Assembly: GCA_020891255.1 (NCBI GenBank)
Contig: BQFW01000011.1
Coordinates: forward strand, 620,001 to 684,000
Source of the DNA: Entomortierella parvispora E1425
Lineage: Eukaryota; Fungi; Mortierellomycota
Direction of reading: 5' to 3'
DNA: 64,000 nt
In this document: positions 14,020 to 27,146 of the stretch, in pieces
How positions within the stretch are numbered: position 1 is the stretch's first letter
Layout: every line of letters starts with the position of its first letter
Translations under genes and position numbers: made by a program
Notes under the pieces: model-generated
Seen by the model: the letters and a program-made list of their open reading frames with translations, nothing else
What the model was told of the DNA's origin: nothing
Databases searched by the model: none

Positions 14020-17000
14020 TTACAGGAGCCCAGAGCTGCGGAGGTTTAATCGCTGGACAATCGCGTTCACCGCCAAGACAATTACCCGCATCTGTTTGGT
14101 ATCCTGTTGCAGAAAGGGAAGCAAGAGAGAGAGGGGAGACGCTTCAAGTTAGCGAGCGAGTCTTTTTTTTTTTTTTTAAAAAAAAATCGATTAAGGAAAA
14201 GGCGCAATGTTTGTCTCGCCATGGTGGGACAAGCCACGTGCGATAGAGCGAAAAAAGAACTCTTTTTGGTTTCCCTGTCTGCTTGTGTCACCACATGTCC
14301 AGTGCCTTGCCCCCCCTTTGATAAACCATCGGATCTGGGGAACCCAAAAAAAAAAAAAAAAAAAAAAAAGAAAGCCACTTACTGTAGCGTGCGTGAAATG
14401 GACATAGACCTGTTTCGACGTATCCTTGCATTGCCCCAAGAACTCTTCATGGATAAAATCCGTCGCAGAAGCATAGTCGTTCTCGCCCTTGTAGGCTGGG
14501 AAGTGATCACGAAGCAAGGAGCCCGATTCGAGCTTGCGTTGAAAAATGTCAATCTTGTTCAGGAACAAGATGAACGACGTCATCTCAAACAGCTTGTGGT
14601 TCGCAATCGAGTTGAACAGCGATAAGCATTCGGCTAACCGGTTCTGACGCTCGTCATCCTCACACGGTTGGTCGTACGCAGACAATGCACACATGAAGAT
14701 AATGGCATTGACATCGTCGAAATAAGGCCTAATATTTTTTTTCAAAAAAAAAAAAAAAAAAAAAAAAAAAATAGTGAGAAAACAGATACGAGTGAAACCT
14801 TGTTGACGACGAAGGTATATATGAATACAAAGTTGAGGCTGTGGATCTTTTCCTTGTCAGTCCCCTTCGTTTATCGCCACATGGCACGCCGACTTGAGTT
14901 TCAATGAGGGAAAGGCGCTTGTTCCATCTATCCCGGTCCCCAAATTGATTTCCATTTGGGCTGAAGAAACAGCTCGGTTTTGTTGATCTCCTCTGCCATG
15001 TGGCGGGCGGGGGCAATGTCGTCACTTGTCTTCCCCCCCCCCCTTTTTTTTGACTCCGCCCAGGTGCAGCTGCAGCTGATCCATGCATGCCTGTTATTGG
15101 GAAGGTCCGTTTTGAAAAGTAGACAGGGATTGCCCGATTTCAACTTCAGCCATACAGAAGAAGCGGCCGTTCGTTTGTTTGTTGATTGTTGTTGTCGCCA
15201 CGCGAGAATGTGCCCTGGCATGAGGTCAGCCAAAACAAAAAAAAAAAAAAAAAAAAAGGAAGGATGGAAGAAATACTTACGCCCAGTATTTTCGTAGTGA
15301 CTTTTGTCCGCCCACATCGAAAATCCTAAGGAAAGGTTGGCGTGTACTGGATGTCAGTAAAAAGAGAGGCGAAAGAGGAGTTTGATTCTTCAGGAAAGGC
15401 GAAAAAGACTCAATCCTTATATTTTTTTTTTACCTGTAGTTGACTCCATCAATGTTGAACAAATGTTCAGACACGGCCAATGTCCGCACGCGCGCCTGCA
15501 AGATATCGTCGTCCGTTGGAATGTAATTTGGCTCTGCTATCCGATCAATTGAGTCCAGGAAGCTATTGAAATAAAAGGACCGTTAGAATAAGCAGAATTG
15601 CACCATTTTTGTTGTTTGCAAGACAAAGGGCAAAAGGGAAATAATGGGTGACAAGGGTCCAGGATACACAACTAACTCCCTCAAGAAGGAAAAAAAAAAA
15701 AAAAAAAGAGTTGCAGGCTATTCAGAAAAGGATGAGGTTGAGAGCACTTACTATTTTGCAGAGTCCTGAAGATTGAGGCTTCCACCAGTCCTGAAGGTCT
15801 GTTTGATTCCCTCATCGTTCCAAAGGGCTTTGATGGCCGGCACCATCTCCAAAAACATATCCGTCTCGGCCTTTGCATCCGTGATCTTGCGTGGGATAGC
15901 AGGGTTCGTGAATCCAAGGGATGTGATCGAGTAGCGCTTCAAAGTCGTCTCCAGTCTCATCACAGTCTCCAGGTGAGCAATATTTTCTGGGTGCTCCAGT
16001 GGGATGTTAGATCGTTGGAGTCCATAGGACAGAGCCTGAATGGCCTTCATAGCATTCAAGTGGACAACACGGCGGTACGTTTGGCGTTCAGCATCCAAAC
16101 CCTTTCGGCCATAGAGCAGCTTCAGTTGCTTTAGCACAGTTGTCTTGCCCGTCTCCGATGGTCCTATTGGAAGATAGAAAACACAAAATGCAATCGTGAG
16201 TAAATTTGCGCATGGCTCCAAACTCCCCTTCCGTTTTTCTGCATAGAAGGAATCGAAGAATAGAACATCGTCTTGGAAACTGAAGGAGAGGACAAAAAAG
16301 ACCTCATCCCAATCCTACAGGCACCATTTACACTCTTTTTCTTTTTTGGCCTTTGGCCGATATTGAAGGTTTGTCCCCGCCCGCCCGATTAAGTTTGTCC
16401 CCATCCCTTCTGCTCCCACATTTTTTTTTTTTTTTTTTGTTTGCTCTGCCCACTCCCATGGATCTCCTTCAAGAGAACATGGCGATCGATCCTGCCCTCC
16501 CACACGGATGCAGATCAAGGCAGCGGGAAGAATAGTAACAAAGACAGAACCGTGCAGATCTCGTCTGCCTTCGGGCAATAAACATTGTCCAGTGTAAAAG
16601 AATCAATTCAAAAGTGAACGATGAGAGCATCGAGCGTCACTGGAAAGAAAAAGAGAAATCTCTAATTTGGTCCATCCATTATTGTTGCCCAGTGAGAAGG
16701 AGCGGTAAGTGGCAAGAAATAGACAAAAGACGAGCTCGATAAAAAGGTTGAAAAGTGAATTGAGAGCGGGGCGGACCAAGGCCGCGTGCGACCGCTGCTC
16801 TCGCCATTCGACTGTTTTTCAACTCTACTCTCTAGTCCGATCTGGGAGGACAGCCGTCTCTCCTCGACACAGTGCCCACTCCAATCTCCCTTTGAGTGTG
16901 TTGTGTGTTTGTGTGTCATGGCTGCAGTCATTGCGTAACAAAACCGGTTTTTTGCAGGTTGCCAATCCGGCAGCAAGGTCGCACACATGTACTTGTCTGC

Positions 17001-18070
17001 ATACTTGCATGGTACTCCTTCTCCCACTCACTCTCAACAGGACGACGTTGTCGTTGATGGAGATCCTACATGAGCCGTGTTGAGCTTATGTTCCAAGTCG
17101 AGGGAAGCGAAGCGAAAAGAAACGCAGAATAAACTAGACGGCTCCACGAGTCCAGGACAGACCCAACATCGCCGACCCCCCCCCCCCCCCATGACCCACC
17201 TCCCAGGCCACCAAAAACGTGCTTCGAAGTGACACGCCACGTTGTTCTCCGCCCACCTCCCAATCGATCCACTCCTCCATTTTAGGGCGGTCGCAGAGAA
17301 GACGATGACAACGCGCAGAAAGAAGTGAGCGAGTCATGGGTCATGGGGTCATGGTTCAATTGAAAAAAACGCGAGAACTGAATACGATCCTACTTTTCGG
17401 GCTGGATCTGAAGGGGACGGACCTGACAACCGTGGTGCAACTGCAAGGAACGAACGAACAAACAAACACAAACAAACAAATAGCAAAACAAGAACGCAAA
17501 CGCACACACAAATAACAAGCCCAAAAACGATGGGCAAAACACCCCCTTCAACCGCCTCCTTCTCTCTCCTCGGGGAAGCCTCTTTCGCTCGTCCTTCCTT
17601 CTCCACAGATTTTGTGCACGCATGCCTCGAATGGACAGACGTTCTCTCTTTTTTTTCTCTCTCTCTCTTTCCTATCTGCTCTTACTGCCCTTCGTCCAAA
17701 CAGTGCAGTAACAGAGGCAGTAGCAGCAGCAGTAGAAGCAAATGTGCTGTATCCATCCTGAGCTCGATTCATACTGAGTGGACAAGCCCAATTGAAAAGA
17801 TATGAAAAACTCCTTACCCAAGATCAGCAACTTGGCGCCGCGTTCCTTCATGAGACGCTCCCGGTCCGCACGCAAAGCTCTGTCGATGGCGTCGCTGACG
17901 GCTTTTGCGCGCTTCATCTCTGCCTTTGTCAAGGGAGCGACAGAGCTGACGGCGACGGGTTGAGCTGCACTGATGGAATGGGATCCTGCAGAGGAGTGTG
18001 CATGTGAAGAGGACGAGGCATTGTTCGAGATGTCGGTGCTCGATGAGCCTTGTCCTGCTGTTGGCTCCAT
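14020..18070 (-). CDS. Heterotrimeric G-protein alpha subunit, atypical motifs, 6 exons
   Basis: Spliced product contains KLLILGPSETGKTT, DILQARVRT, IFDVGGQKSLRKYWAPYFDDVNAIIF, LFLNKID, HFTHATDTKQMRVIVLAVNAIVQRLNLRSSGLL*. The splice junctions were checked by hand and keep frame. Confidence 0.92.
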
Positions 18071-19920
18071 GGTTAAGCAAGTGAATGTAAGCAGGTAGGC
18101 CTGTGTGTGTGTGTGTGTGTGTGTTTGTGTTTAAGAATGAATGAATGGACGAGTTGCTGCTGTGGAGAAAGAAAGTCGAGTGTAGAAAAAGAATGTGGCG
18201 GATGCAAGGATGAACGAGAATGAAGACGGCAGGGGAGGCAATTAAGAGTGGAGTGGAGCAATGCGTGGATGCTGGTCAAGAGGATCAGTGCGGGTATGAG
18301 AGCTGGGATGAAGGACGACGATGGATGAAGATGGATGAAGATGGATGAAGAGAAGAAAGAGAAGAGAGAAGAGAAGAGAAGAGAGAAGGGAAAAAAAAGA
18401 GAAAGAGAGGATAGAAAGTGACGATGCGGTGTGGAGAAAAGACGCCAAACCGCTCTTTTTCCATCTGTGTGTCTGTCCGACTTGTCTTTCCTTACCTTTG
18501 TGTCTTCTTGTCTCTTGGGCATCGTCCCAGAGGACGGCGACGGTGCTGACTGGACCCTTGCTGGTGATCGCGCTCACGGTCACTGTCGTCGTCACTCTGC
18601 GCCATGATGGCTCCTCAGGGTCGGGCGTCGACTTCGGCTTTGAAACGGGCAGCAGGGTCCACCCCCTTTCATTTCCTCTCCTCGCCTCTCATCGTCTTCC
18701 TCCCTCGGACATGGTCTTTCCTCACATTTCAGACAAACAGACAAGCAGACAGACAGATAGACAGATAGACAGGCACGCTCTCGTCTTCGGGATCCAGACA
18801 GCGTGCAAAGAATAGAAAGACGGAGAAGAGGAAAAGATGGACAATGACCCCCTTGGGTCACTCGAGAACTGGATGATTGGGCCATGGCAACGCAAATTGT
18901 CCGAGAAAAAAAAAGTGATGTTAGACTGACCGCAGATGAACAAAAGACGAGCCACTTTCTCTTTGCAAGCTCACAAGCGAAAAACAATAGTCCAAAGGAA
19001 AAAACATTCACGATAGCAAAAGGGATGCATTGCATGACACGATATGGCAAAGGCGTGCCATGGCGATGAGGATCCACTCGAGACCGATGCAACCGGAAGG
19101 AGCTCCGAGCTCTAGATGGCATTCAAGGCGTTTTCTTCTCGTTCCTTTGCTCTTGTCCGTTTTCTCCCCCTGGGGTTGCACCAGGTCCACAGTGTTGGAC
19201 AGAGAGCAGACACTGTGGAACGACGACATGTCCCTGTCAGGGTGGCCACCAACAGCACAATCGATCGAGTTCGAGTCAGAACATCGTCGCCTGGCTCTCC
19301 ATCCTTTGTCTTTTGCTCTTTTGTGTCCAGCAACCCCACCCGATCCTACATGCACGCCGGGCGCGTGGCGCTTTTGATTAACCGGCAAGCCGTTGGGAGG
19401 ACGAAGATTAGAGGAAGAACCCGTCCTTAAGCATCCGTCCTTCCTGTTTGTCCGGTGGTGGGGGGTTTCTCTTCTGCAGTGCCAGTACTGGCAGAAGACA
19501 TCGTTGTTTGGTGGAGCTGACCCTTTCCTTTCAACTCGCTGCAGGTACTGACTCTGTGGCTACTACTGGATGATAACATGTGCCTCTTCACCTTTTCAAT
19601 AAGCAAAAGTCAGTTCCAACAAGCCAAGGAAAGAACACGAAGGAAGGAAAGAGAAAGAGAGAGAGAAAGAGATGGAGCGAGAAAAGGGGATTCGTTGCTC
19701 GGGTCATGGACGCTTTTGGTTAAATGAGTGTGGTGGTACGTGCATGCAGGAAGAGAAGACGAAAACACACGCCCTCTTCTTTTCCTTCTTTCCTTCTCTT
19801 CTTCTTTCGTTCCCCCCACCTGCTCGCTCGTCCCTTCCTTTTGCTCACTATTTCTCTTTGTCCTCGCACCCTTTGCTCACCGAGTTTCTTTCCATCCACT
19901 TCCGGCTACTCTTCCTCTCG

Positions 19921-20589
19921 ATGAACCCACTTTTAAAAGCATCCACAGCACTCAAGCCTGGTGGCGAAAAGTCTTCCGCCACCAACCAGGTAAGCATGTG
20001 TTCTTTGGTTTGGACATTGACCTATTCACCACCCGGGGTTCTTTACGCTAATGACCTCTGATCCTCACTCCTTCTGCCTTCTCTCGTGTCCCTGCCTCTT
20101 CGGTTGCTTACCCATGGCCTCAATATAGAAGACTCTGACCGAGCAAGAACAGAAGCTTTTGAAGATGTATGGTAATCTTCCCACGCCGAAAGCTCTTTTG
20201 GGTCAGAAACTGAAGGTACCACCCCTTTCACCTCGTGAAAGTAAAAAAAAAAAAAAAAAAAAAAAAGCCCCTACACCTTCAACTGCTCTTTGTTGTGATT
20301 TGTCAAAGATGCATGCTCTTGTGGTGCATTTAGTAACCCTGCAACTTCTCCCTTGATTTCGTGCATTGTGCAGGAACGCAAGTATTTTGACTCAGGGGAT
20401 TATGCTCTCTCCAAGGCCGGCAAGACGACCGCACCTGTTGGATCGCAGCATCCTCAACCCGAGAACATCCCACATTCAAATATTTCAGCTGCGACCTCCG
20501 CTTCCGGGTCAGCCTCAGGGTTTCCAGGGGGTGTCCATCATGGATCACCGCCACCGCGAGAGAGCCTTTTGATATACGAACAACTATAG
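19921..20589 (+). CDS. IGO1: Endosulfine/ARPP-19 family protein (Igo1/Igo2-like), 3 exons
   Basis: MNPLLKASTALKPGGEKSSATNQ | KTLTEQEQKLLKMYGNLPTPKALLGQKLK | ERKYFDSGDYALSKAG. FDSGDY is the diagnostic Greatwall/Rim15 phosphosite motif. Confidence 0.88.
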
Positions 20590-21409
20590 ACAAGTCTTGT
20601 TTTCTTATTGGCCTCGGAATGGCCTTTGAATAAACATTGGGGGAACGAGGTTCATCTTTTTCTTCACTCATTTCATGGCCAGACTCTGACCGTTACTGGG
20701 GACAACGACAATGGAGGAATCAACACTGCTGTTGACAGGTGGTCCGAGATCCTTGAGCATTTTTTTTTTTTTTTTTTTTTTGGTGTTTGTGTGTGCGTGT
20801 GCGCGCGTGTAAAATTTTTACCCTTCTCTGTTGAGCCAATTCCACTCTGACTGGTGTGGATAAGAAGGGCCAAGGAAACAGAGGACGGTGGTGGAAACAT
20901 TGGGTTTGCTCCGTGGACCTCCATGGCGTTCAGGACCCTTGATCAAAAACTTATTTTGAATGCACAGATGCTGTCTGTGTGATCTCTTTGTTTTCCTTTA
21001 GATTCTTGCAAGGGCACGGCTGAAAAAGAAGCAAAGAAAAGATGTTTGGTCTCATGACTTGAACAAGGGGGAGACAAAGAGATAGAGAGAGATGAATGAC
21101 AACCCACTTGCTCAGCTGCATTGCATTGCACTGCATGCACGATTGTGTGTGTGGTTTTGTTGTGCGATGGCGCAAAATAAAAAAAATGAACTGTCCGACT
21201 CTGATGGTGTTGGCAAAGACAAGTGTGGACCTTGCGCAAGCTCACCACGATTTACCGCCCTGTCGGCGTCATGTCCCAAATGCAGGTGCGACCAAGGACT
21301 ATTCCTTCCTTGGTCCCCATTGCCATCAATAAAAGGCACAATACCCTGGGAGTTGTCATGGATGGGGTTTATATTTTACAAATCTAGCCTTCTAGTTAAC
21401 TCGAGCCCT

Positions 21410-23918
21410 CTATGGCCCTTGTTGCTGCAGTTGTTGCAACTGTTGTTGTTGATTTCCGGTCAGCCCTCTCAAGCTAGAAATCGATCCCTCTCCCACACCC
21501 GATCCTGGCGTCGAGTAGAAAGATTGACTGGGCGACACCAATTGCTGCGTCGGAGACGCAACAATAGTGGACGAGGGCGACGACGGCGGTGACGAAAACC
21601 ACCTGTTACCCTGAGATACCTGTGGACTCGTCGCCAGAGCTGCAGAGACAGCAGAGACAGCATAGGGGTTTGATGCCGCAGCTGCAGCAGTGTTCAAGGC
21701 GATGGGCGACGTCCCACTATATTGTGGTCTGGGAGGATAACTTGGAGGGCCTGTGACCACATTGTTAACGGCGTAGGTAGAGTTCCGGAGAGAGTTGTGG
21801 TCTTGCTGCAGAAGACTCTGGCTATCCTGTTCATGAAAGCTACTGCTTCGTCTGGTTGGAATCTGGATTGTGGAAGGATCGCCTCCTGCCATAGGACGCA
21901 CCAGCGACTGAGCTGACAACGTCTTTTGAACTCGTTGATGTTTTTGATTTTGCGCCGCTGGCTGTTGACCTTGTTGTTGTTGTTGCTGCTGCTGATTTTG
22001 CCCAGAGTGTTGATCCAAGTGCTGTTGTTGATAGTACGCAAAGACTGAAGGTTCTGAAGTCGAGACCCTAGACGCTGGCGGCTGAGGAGGATGCTCGGGT
22101 GAGGGCAAAGGTCCCCGATGCTGGTGCTGACTCTCCTTCAGGGTCTGACTTGGTAACATCCAGTTCATGGACGATGACGAGTCATTGAACTCTTGCTTTT
22201 GTGGGTAGGTCGACAGAGGTTGGTTCTGGGTCTGCTCTATGCCTTCGCCCGTCATGGGCGATGCCGCAGTCTCTGTCAAGTTGCCCAACATTAGTGCACT
22301 GTACTCCTTCTGATCCTTGGACACCTTCCGAAAGAGGCCGCCAGTGAACGTTTTCCGACTCGATCCCAGCAGCGAGCGAGCCCTCTCGAGCTTGATCTTC
22401 TTGCGCTCATCCGCATAGGTCTTGAAGACGTCTCCGTCCAGGTAATACTCGCTCAGGACCAGCTCCAATTCATCCAACCGTTCCTTTAACATTGTAAGTT
22501 TCAGGTCAGCCGCAGAGACCGAGCCGTTCCCTTTCTCATGGATCTCGGGGCCGAACTGACCAACCTCCTCGATCTTGGTCGTGAAAGGCCCCTTGGACAA
22601 CCCATCCGGGGTATCATAGGCTTTGGCCAAGGAGCCCGAGATCTTTCTTCGAAAGAATGGGATACCAGCAATGAACCCCCAAGGAGACAGTACCGAAGCT
22701 CCGAACAAGAAGCCGATAAAGGAACCAACAATGCCCAAGAGACCTCCAATACTGGACATGGTATCCCTAAAAGTCGTCTTTTCGGTCTGATAGCTCAACT
22801 GGTTCAGGGTTGATTGAGGTCGCAAGATAATGACGGTCGTCAAGTTATCATAGACGCCTGAGGGGAAAGGAATGTGGGCCACTGTGGATTGATACGAGTA
22901 GTCGGTGCTTGCAGAAGTGAATCCCAAAAAGTTGACAAATTTCTCCAACGTCGTATTGGATGGAGTGATAGTCGGGTAGTAGTTGAACGTCAGAGGCGTG
23001 TAGCGGATCTCCACAAAATGACCGGGCAAAAAGTAATATTGGTTGAATAGATCCATCGTACTGAAGGTTGTCGACCATGACACTATCATTAAAGGCAGAA
23101 GTGAAATGAGTGCCTTTTGGCCCAACAACTCTTTCAGTATTAACTAAAGAACTTACAAGGGTGAATGAGACTGACTTGGGACCATCCGTACGGTGGTAAA
23201 ATCGGGTCGTGCTTGATCACGACTTGAACATAATCAAAACTTTGGGCCTGTAGCGTGTCCACAATCTGGTCCATAAAGATAGTGTCGCCTTCCCCGAGAC
23301 CTGACGGTCCGCGGCTGTATCCAACCTCAAGACCATAATTACCAGTGAGGTTTGAGAATAAAACATCGGTGACATTCAAATCGCCAGTGGCAGTGGAGAG
23401 AATGTTGAGTTCTAGAAGTCCCGATAAAAAATAACATGGACGATGAGTAATTGCCAAGGGTGGCCGTGTGATAGAGTCACCCACAGTTTCTTACTTGGAG
23501 TAATTGTGCCTGTATAATTAGTGTTTTCCTGAGTTACGAGGATATTCAAAGGTCGATCTCCTCCTAAGTTTTGGTACTCGACCAAGTTCCAAATGTACCA
23601 AATAGCACCAAGGAGGCAAGCCATTCCTTTTTTTTTAAAAAAAAGGCGTAAGGAATCTAGTAAGTTGAGGTACGAGAACATTTGCAACCTTTGCCAACTT
23701 TACTCGGTCGAAAACAACGAGCTTACGAGCAACAGCAATTACAACTACTCTGATCACACAGACCATGTAGTTCTCTCCCACCCGCCGTCGCGGGTAGGAA
23801 TCTAATCGATGGGGGCAAGAGAGAAATTTAATGATACCGGTCGGGTCAACAGGTATCAAGGTACAAGGTGAGCGGTACGAAATGTATGCTTACATCCAAA
23901 GGTACAGATATTCCACAT
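21410..23918 (-). CDS. Two-TM membrane protein of unknown function with large loop and Q/S/P-rich C-terminal tail, multi-exon
   Basis: Exons join as MWNICTFGYSYPRRRVGENYMVCVIRVVVIAV..., GMACLLGAIWYIWNL, a loop region, and the 21410-23128 ORF with SSIGGLLGIVGSFIGFLFGASVLSPWG followed by a poly-Q low-complexity tail. The start codon is uncertain. Confidence 0.7.
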
Positions 23919-24821
23919 GACAATTAACGGCCCATGAAGGGCCAGCGATCTTGAGGGTCGGATGGTGATCATTTTGATCTTGCTGCTAGTAGTCGAAAGA
24001 AAATATCAAGTAGTTTCGAAGAGGGGAAAAGGGAAAGGGAAATGAGGCTGGGAAATGAGACAAAGTAAGCCCTGGAGAAGAGATTGTGGATGAAGAGGAA
24101 TGAACGAAGAAAGCAAGGCGCTTCCGTTTTTCTGTCCCAATGGTTTTATAACGGAAACGATGGTCGACAACCACGCCCATTTGCTCATTGCCCAGATCAT
24201 TGCTCATGAAAATCAACCGAGCGTCCGTGCAAACGGCGTCAAAGCCCAATCTCAGGGCTCACGTCTTTGTCCGTTTCTGATACATCTTTCTTTTTGTTTA
24301 TTGTTGAGTTACATCTCTCACTGCACTGTAGACAAAGCAGCACAAGGGGAGGGGGAGGTAAGGAGATCTGTTTTTTTCGTTCATTTGACGATGCTGATGC
24401 TGCACCTGTCTGGGGAGGGGGCGCAGATCGTCAAAAAAAAGGGAAGTTGGCCAGAAGAAATAAAAAATAAAAAATAAAAAGCTTCGCATGCTGATCGAGG
24501 GCGAAACGCTCCTTGCCTTTGCCACCATTCCAAAAGAAACGCCGATCGCCTTCTCTCCTCGGGGAGAAGCAATCTTTGAGAGGCCTTTGCCTTTTTGAAC
24601 AGGGTGAAGTTCAGTCGGCCTGATGGGCAATGGCTCATGGACCACGCCCTCGAGCTAAGCCCTGCCACTTGCAAAACACACACTTTTAAAGTCGTACAAA
24701 ATTTCCGCGGGCCAAGCCCTGGCCTGCATGTAGGCAGCAGCACAACGTGGAGGTCCACACAAAAGGCATGGGTCGCCCTGACCGATCGCTTCTGGACAAA
24801 AGACGGAGGCGAAACAGGTCA

Positions 24822-25495
24822 TCACATGACTGCAGCTCCTTGTTTTTTGCGAGATCCTCCCAGGCCTGCGAAACTCGACCTGGGTAGGAACAGCCTTATG
24901 AAGTCCATGACCCTGAGTACGATTAACCTGTGATATATTTGATCATTTGATCTAAAGGTTTGTTCTCCGTTCTTCTCGTCCACGACAACATCATCTTCCT
25001 CCTCTCTGTTCTCTGGAGCTAAAGGTTCAACGTCTGGGCCGCTCCTCTGCTGGTCTTGTCCAAATCGCGTGCCTGAATCTATGCTGGGGTAAGGCGTGAG
25101 GGCCGCAACTCGCGCATGGAGCGAAATCGGCGGGAAAGTCGTCCTTCTCCATTTAAGTTCGGAGACGAGGAATGGCATCCCGACCAGGGTTGGCGGATCT
25201 GAGAGCTGAAGCTCATAGAGCCAGTCAAAGATTGCGCGCCGCAGCGTCAGGTCCGTGCATCGTGGTTGACGATCAACTGCATCCCAGCGCTCCAACCTCC
25301 GACCTCCCCGACTGAAAAGATGATGTAGCTTTCCCAGGCTTTCTTGCTATGTGGGCAAAGAATCCCGAAAAAATCATGAATACGTTCTATTCTGGTCAGA
25401 AAGCCGGTCGATCTGGACACAAATAAGACCGTCATAGAACAGCCAAGAGTAGCGGAGACCACAGTGAAGATGACGATGAAGAAAGTGGTCGACAT
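24822..25495 (-). pseudogene. Possible frameshifted membrane-protein relic
   Basis: Protein-like MSTTFFIVIFTVVSATLG...WESYIIFSVGEVGGWSAGMQLIVNH continues in another frame as DLTLRRAIFDWLYELQLSDPP..., with no clear intron between them. Confidence 0.3.
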
Positions 25496-26298
25496 GATAT
25501 TGAAGACGACAAAGGATAAACTCAGAGAATTGCAAATGCATATCTTTGACATGAAAACGTGAAATAAACATTAGCTAGAGCACAGATCTTGTTACCCATT
25601 GAGATAAGGTGTTCTTGGTGCTTTTGTTGCCGAACAGGAGCATCCTTCTCTTGTGCTTGTGGACGTGACGCTAATAAGGGCAGTCTTCATTCGCGCACGT
25701 CTGGGAAGTGGGAATGCTCAGCGTTGGGCGCTGTCTCGACTACACGCGAGATGGTCGGATCATCTCTCATTCCTGAACGAGAGCGAGAGAAGCAGAAGCG
25801 ACGATGACGACCGTTCAAGGGATCATGGTGGTACTGTGGGTATGCAGCCGATCATATGGGTTGTTCTTTTGGCGCTGGGATTCTGTGATAGACTGCGTTG
25901 CTGGACCTTATTCGAGTTCAATAGCCCGCCTCCTTTTGAGGAAGGGCCAATCAACTCAAAGAGTGAAGGAAGCGATTCTCTTGATCTTGAAGAGAGAAGA
26001 CAGGCCAATATCATGGTCATCCCAGGAACAAAGAGTCACACACTCCATACTGTTGTCCTTTGTGAGCTGACATGTCGTTCGCTAGATTACAGGTGGTATC
26101 CATTGTGGATATGACCCCTATACAAAAAGAGGTTTGGACCAGAAATGGAAAGTCTCGAGAAAGGCGCTTCCACACCAGCACAGGCCCCATCCACGTTGCG
26201 CAAAGACCAAAGAAAGGGCCCATCAGCAACATTCCGGTTCCGAACGCGTTATTTAAGGCGATCGCCATCTGAACTAAGTCAAGGAACCTTACTATGGT

Positions 26299-27146
26299 TT
26301 ATTTATCATCTGACTCTGGGAGTGGGATTCTCAATGCTAGGGACCGTTCTTTTAAGGACTCTGGCAAGTACCAAACGGGCGTTCCTTTAAGGAACGAGGA
26401 CAAATCCTGAAGAGCACCACTCACTAATCCATATCCTGCGCCCAGCATGAGGGTGTGCTTGGAGCTCTGTCGAGGCAGCTTATCTAAGAACAAAAAGTAA
26501 TAGAGAACAAAAAGTATCAACATCTTGACCGGTTGCAGTAGCCTTGAGAAACGCAAAAATGAAACCAGCAATTGTTCATGAAGAACCGCGTACTGGCGAC
26601 AGAAAAGATGGCGCCGGAGGCGATACCGGCCGTCACAGAGTTGAAGACATCGGCGCCTCCTCGGTAGAAATCAGCACTGGCCTCCAAGATCTCAAACAGG
26701 GCGACGAGAACAGCGGTTCTGGAGGAATAGACAGCTCCCTTTGTGAGGGCGCCATAGAACATCCTGTAGTTTTTCTTTTTATGGTAAAAGTACCAACCGT
26801 CCATGGTTTTGGGTAACCGGTGGGCGTTCTCGGCGAGATATTGCATGCCGGACTGACGGGAGCCCATGACGCCTCCGAGGACAAAGCCCCAGAAGGCGGC
26901 CGAGGCAGTGATGAGAGCGATCCGTTTGGCGGGCTCGAGGCCTATCCGATTGAGGAGGGGGTTCTTATTGAGGACTGAGAAGTCTGTTCCGAGGACGGAG
27001 GTGCTATAGTGGTGAGGGGGATATTCAGGCCATGCGGATGCGGCAATGGATGTCCGTTGTTGCTGTTGTTGCTGTTGTTGTTGTGATGGGGGTGAGGATG
27101 AAGAAGAGGAGGGCGTCAAGCCCGTAGGGGAAGAGGTGGAGGCCAT
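26299..27146 (-). CDS. Tim17/Tim22/Tim23-superfamily-like mitochondrial membrane protein, 2 exons
   Basis: Gly-rich TM helices (AAFWGFVLGGVMG, NSVTAGIASGAIFSVA, LGAGYGLVSGALQDL) and the fungal motif YLAENAHRLPKTMDGWYFYHKKKNY. The intron lies near 26480-26590. Confidence 0.75.

Noticed and set aside
13500-20000. Numerous 60-170 aa ORFs rich in K/F/E/R runs
   Set aside because: They are translations of poly-A/T and GA/CT microsatellites in introns and intergenic DNA.
25900-26268. MULE transposase DDE fragment (MDTTCNL...ILACLLSSRSRESLPSLFE)
   Set aside because: The D.T motif is in a different frame from the segment conserved with the 48 kb copy, the 48 kb copy has no equivalent, and the TIR element lacks a 9-bp TSD.
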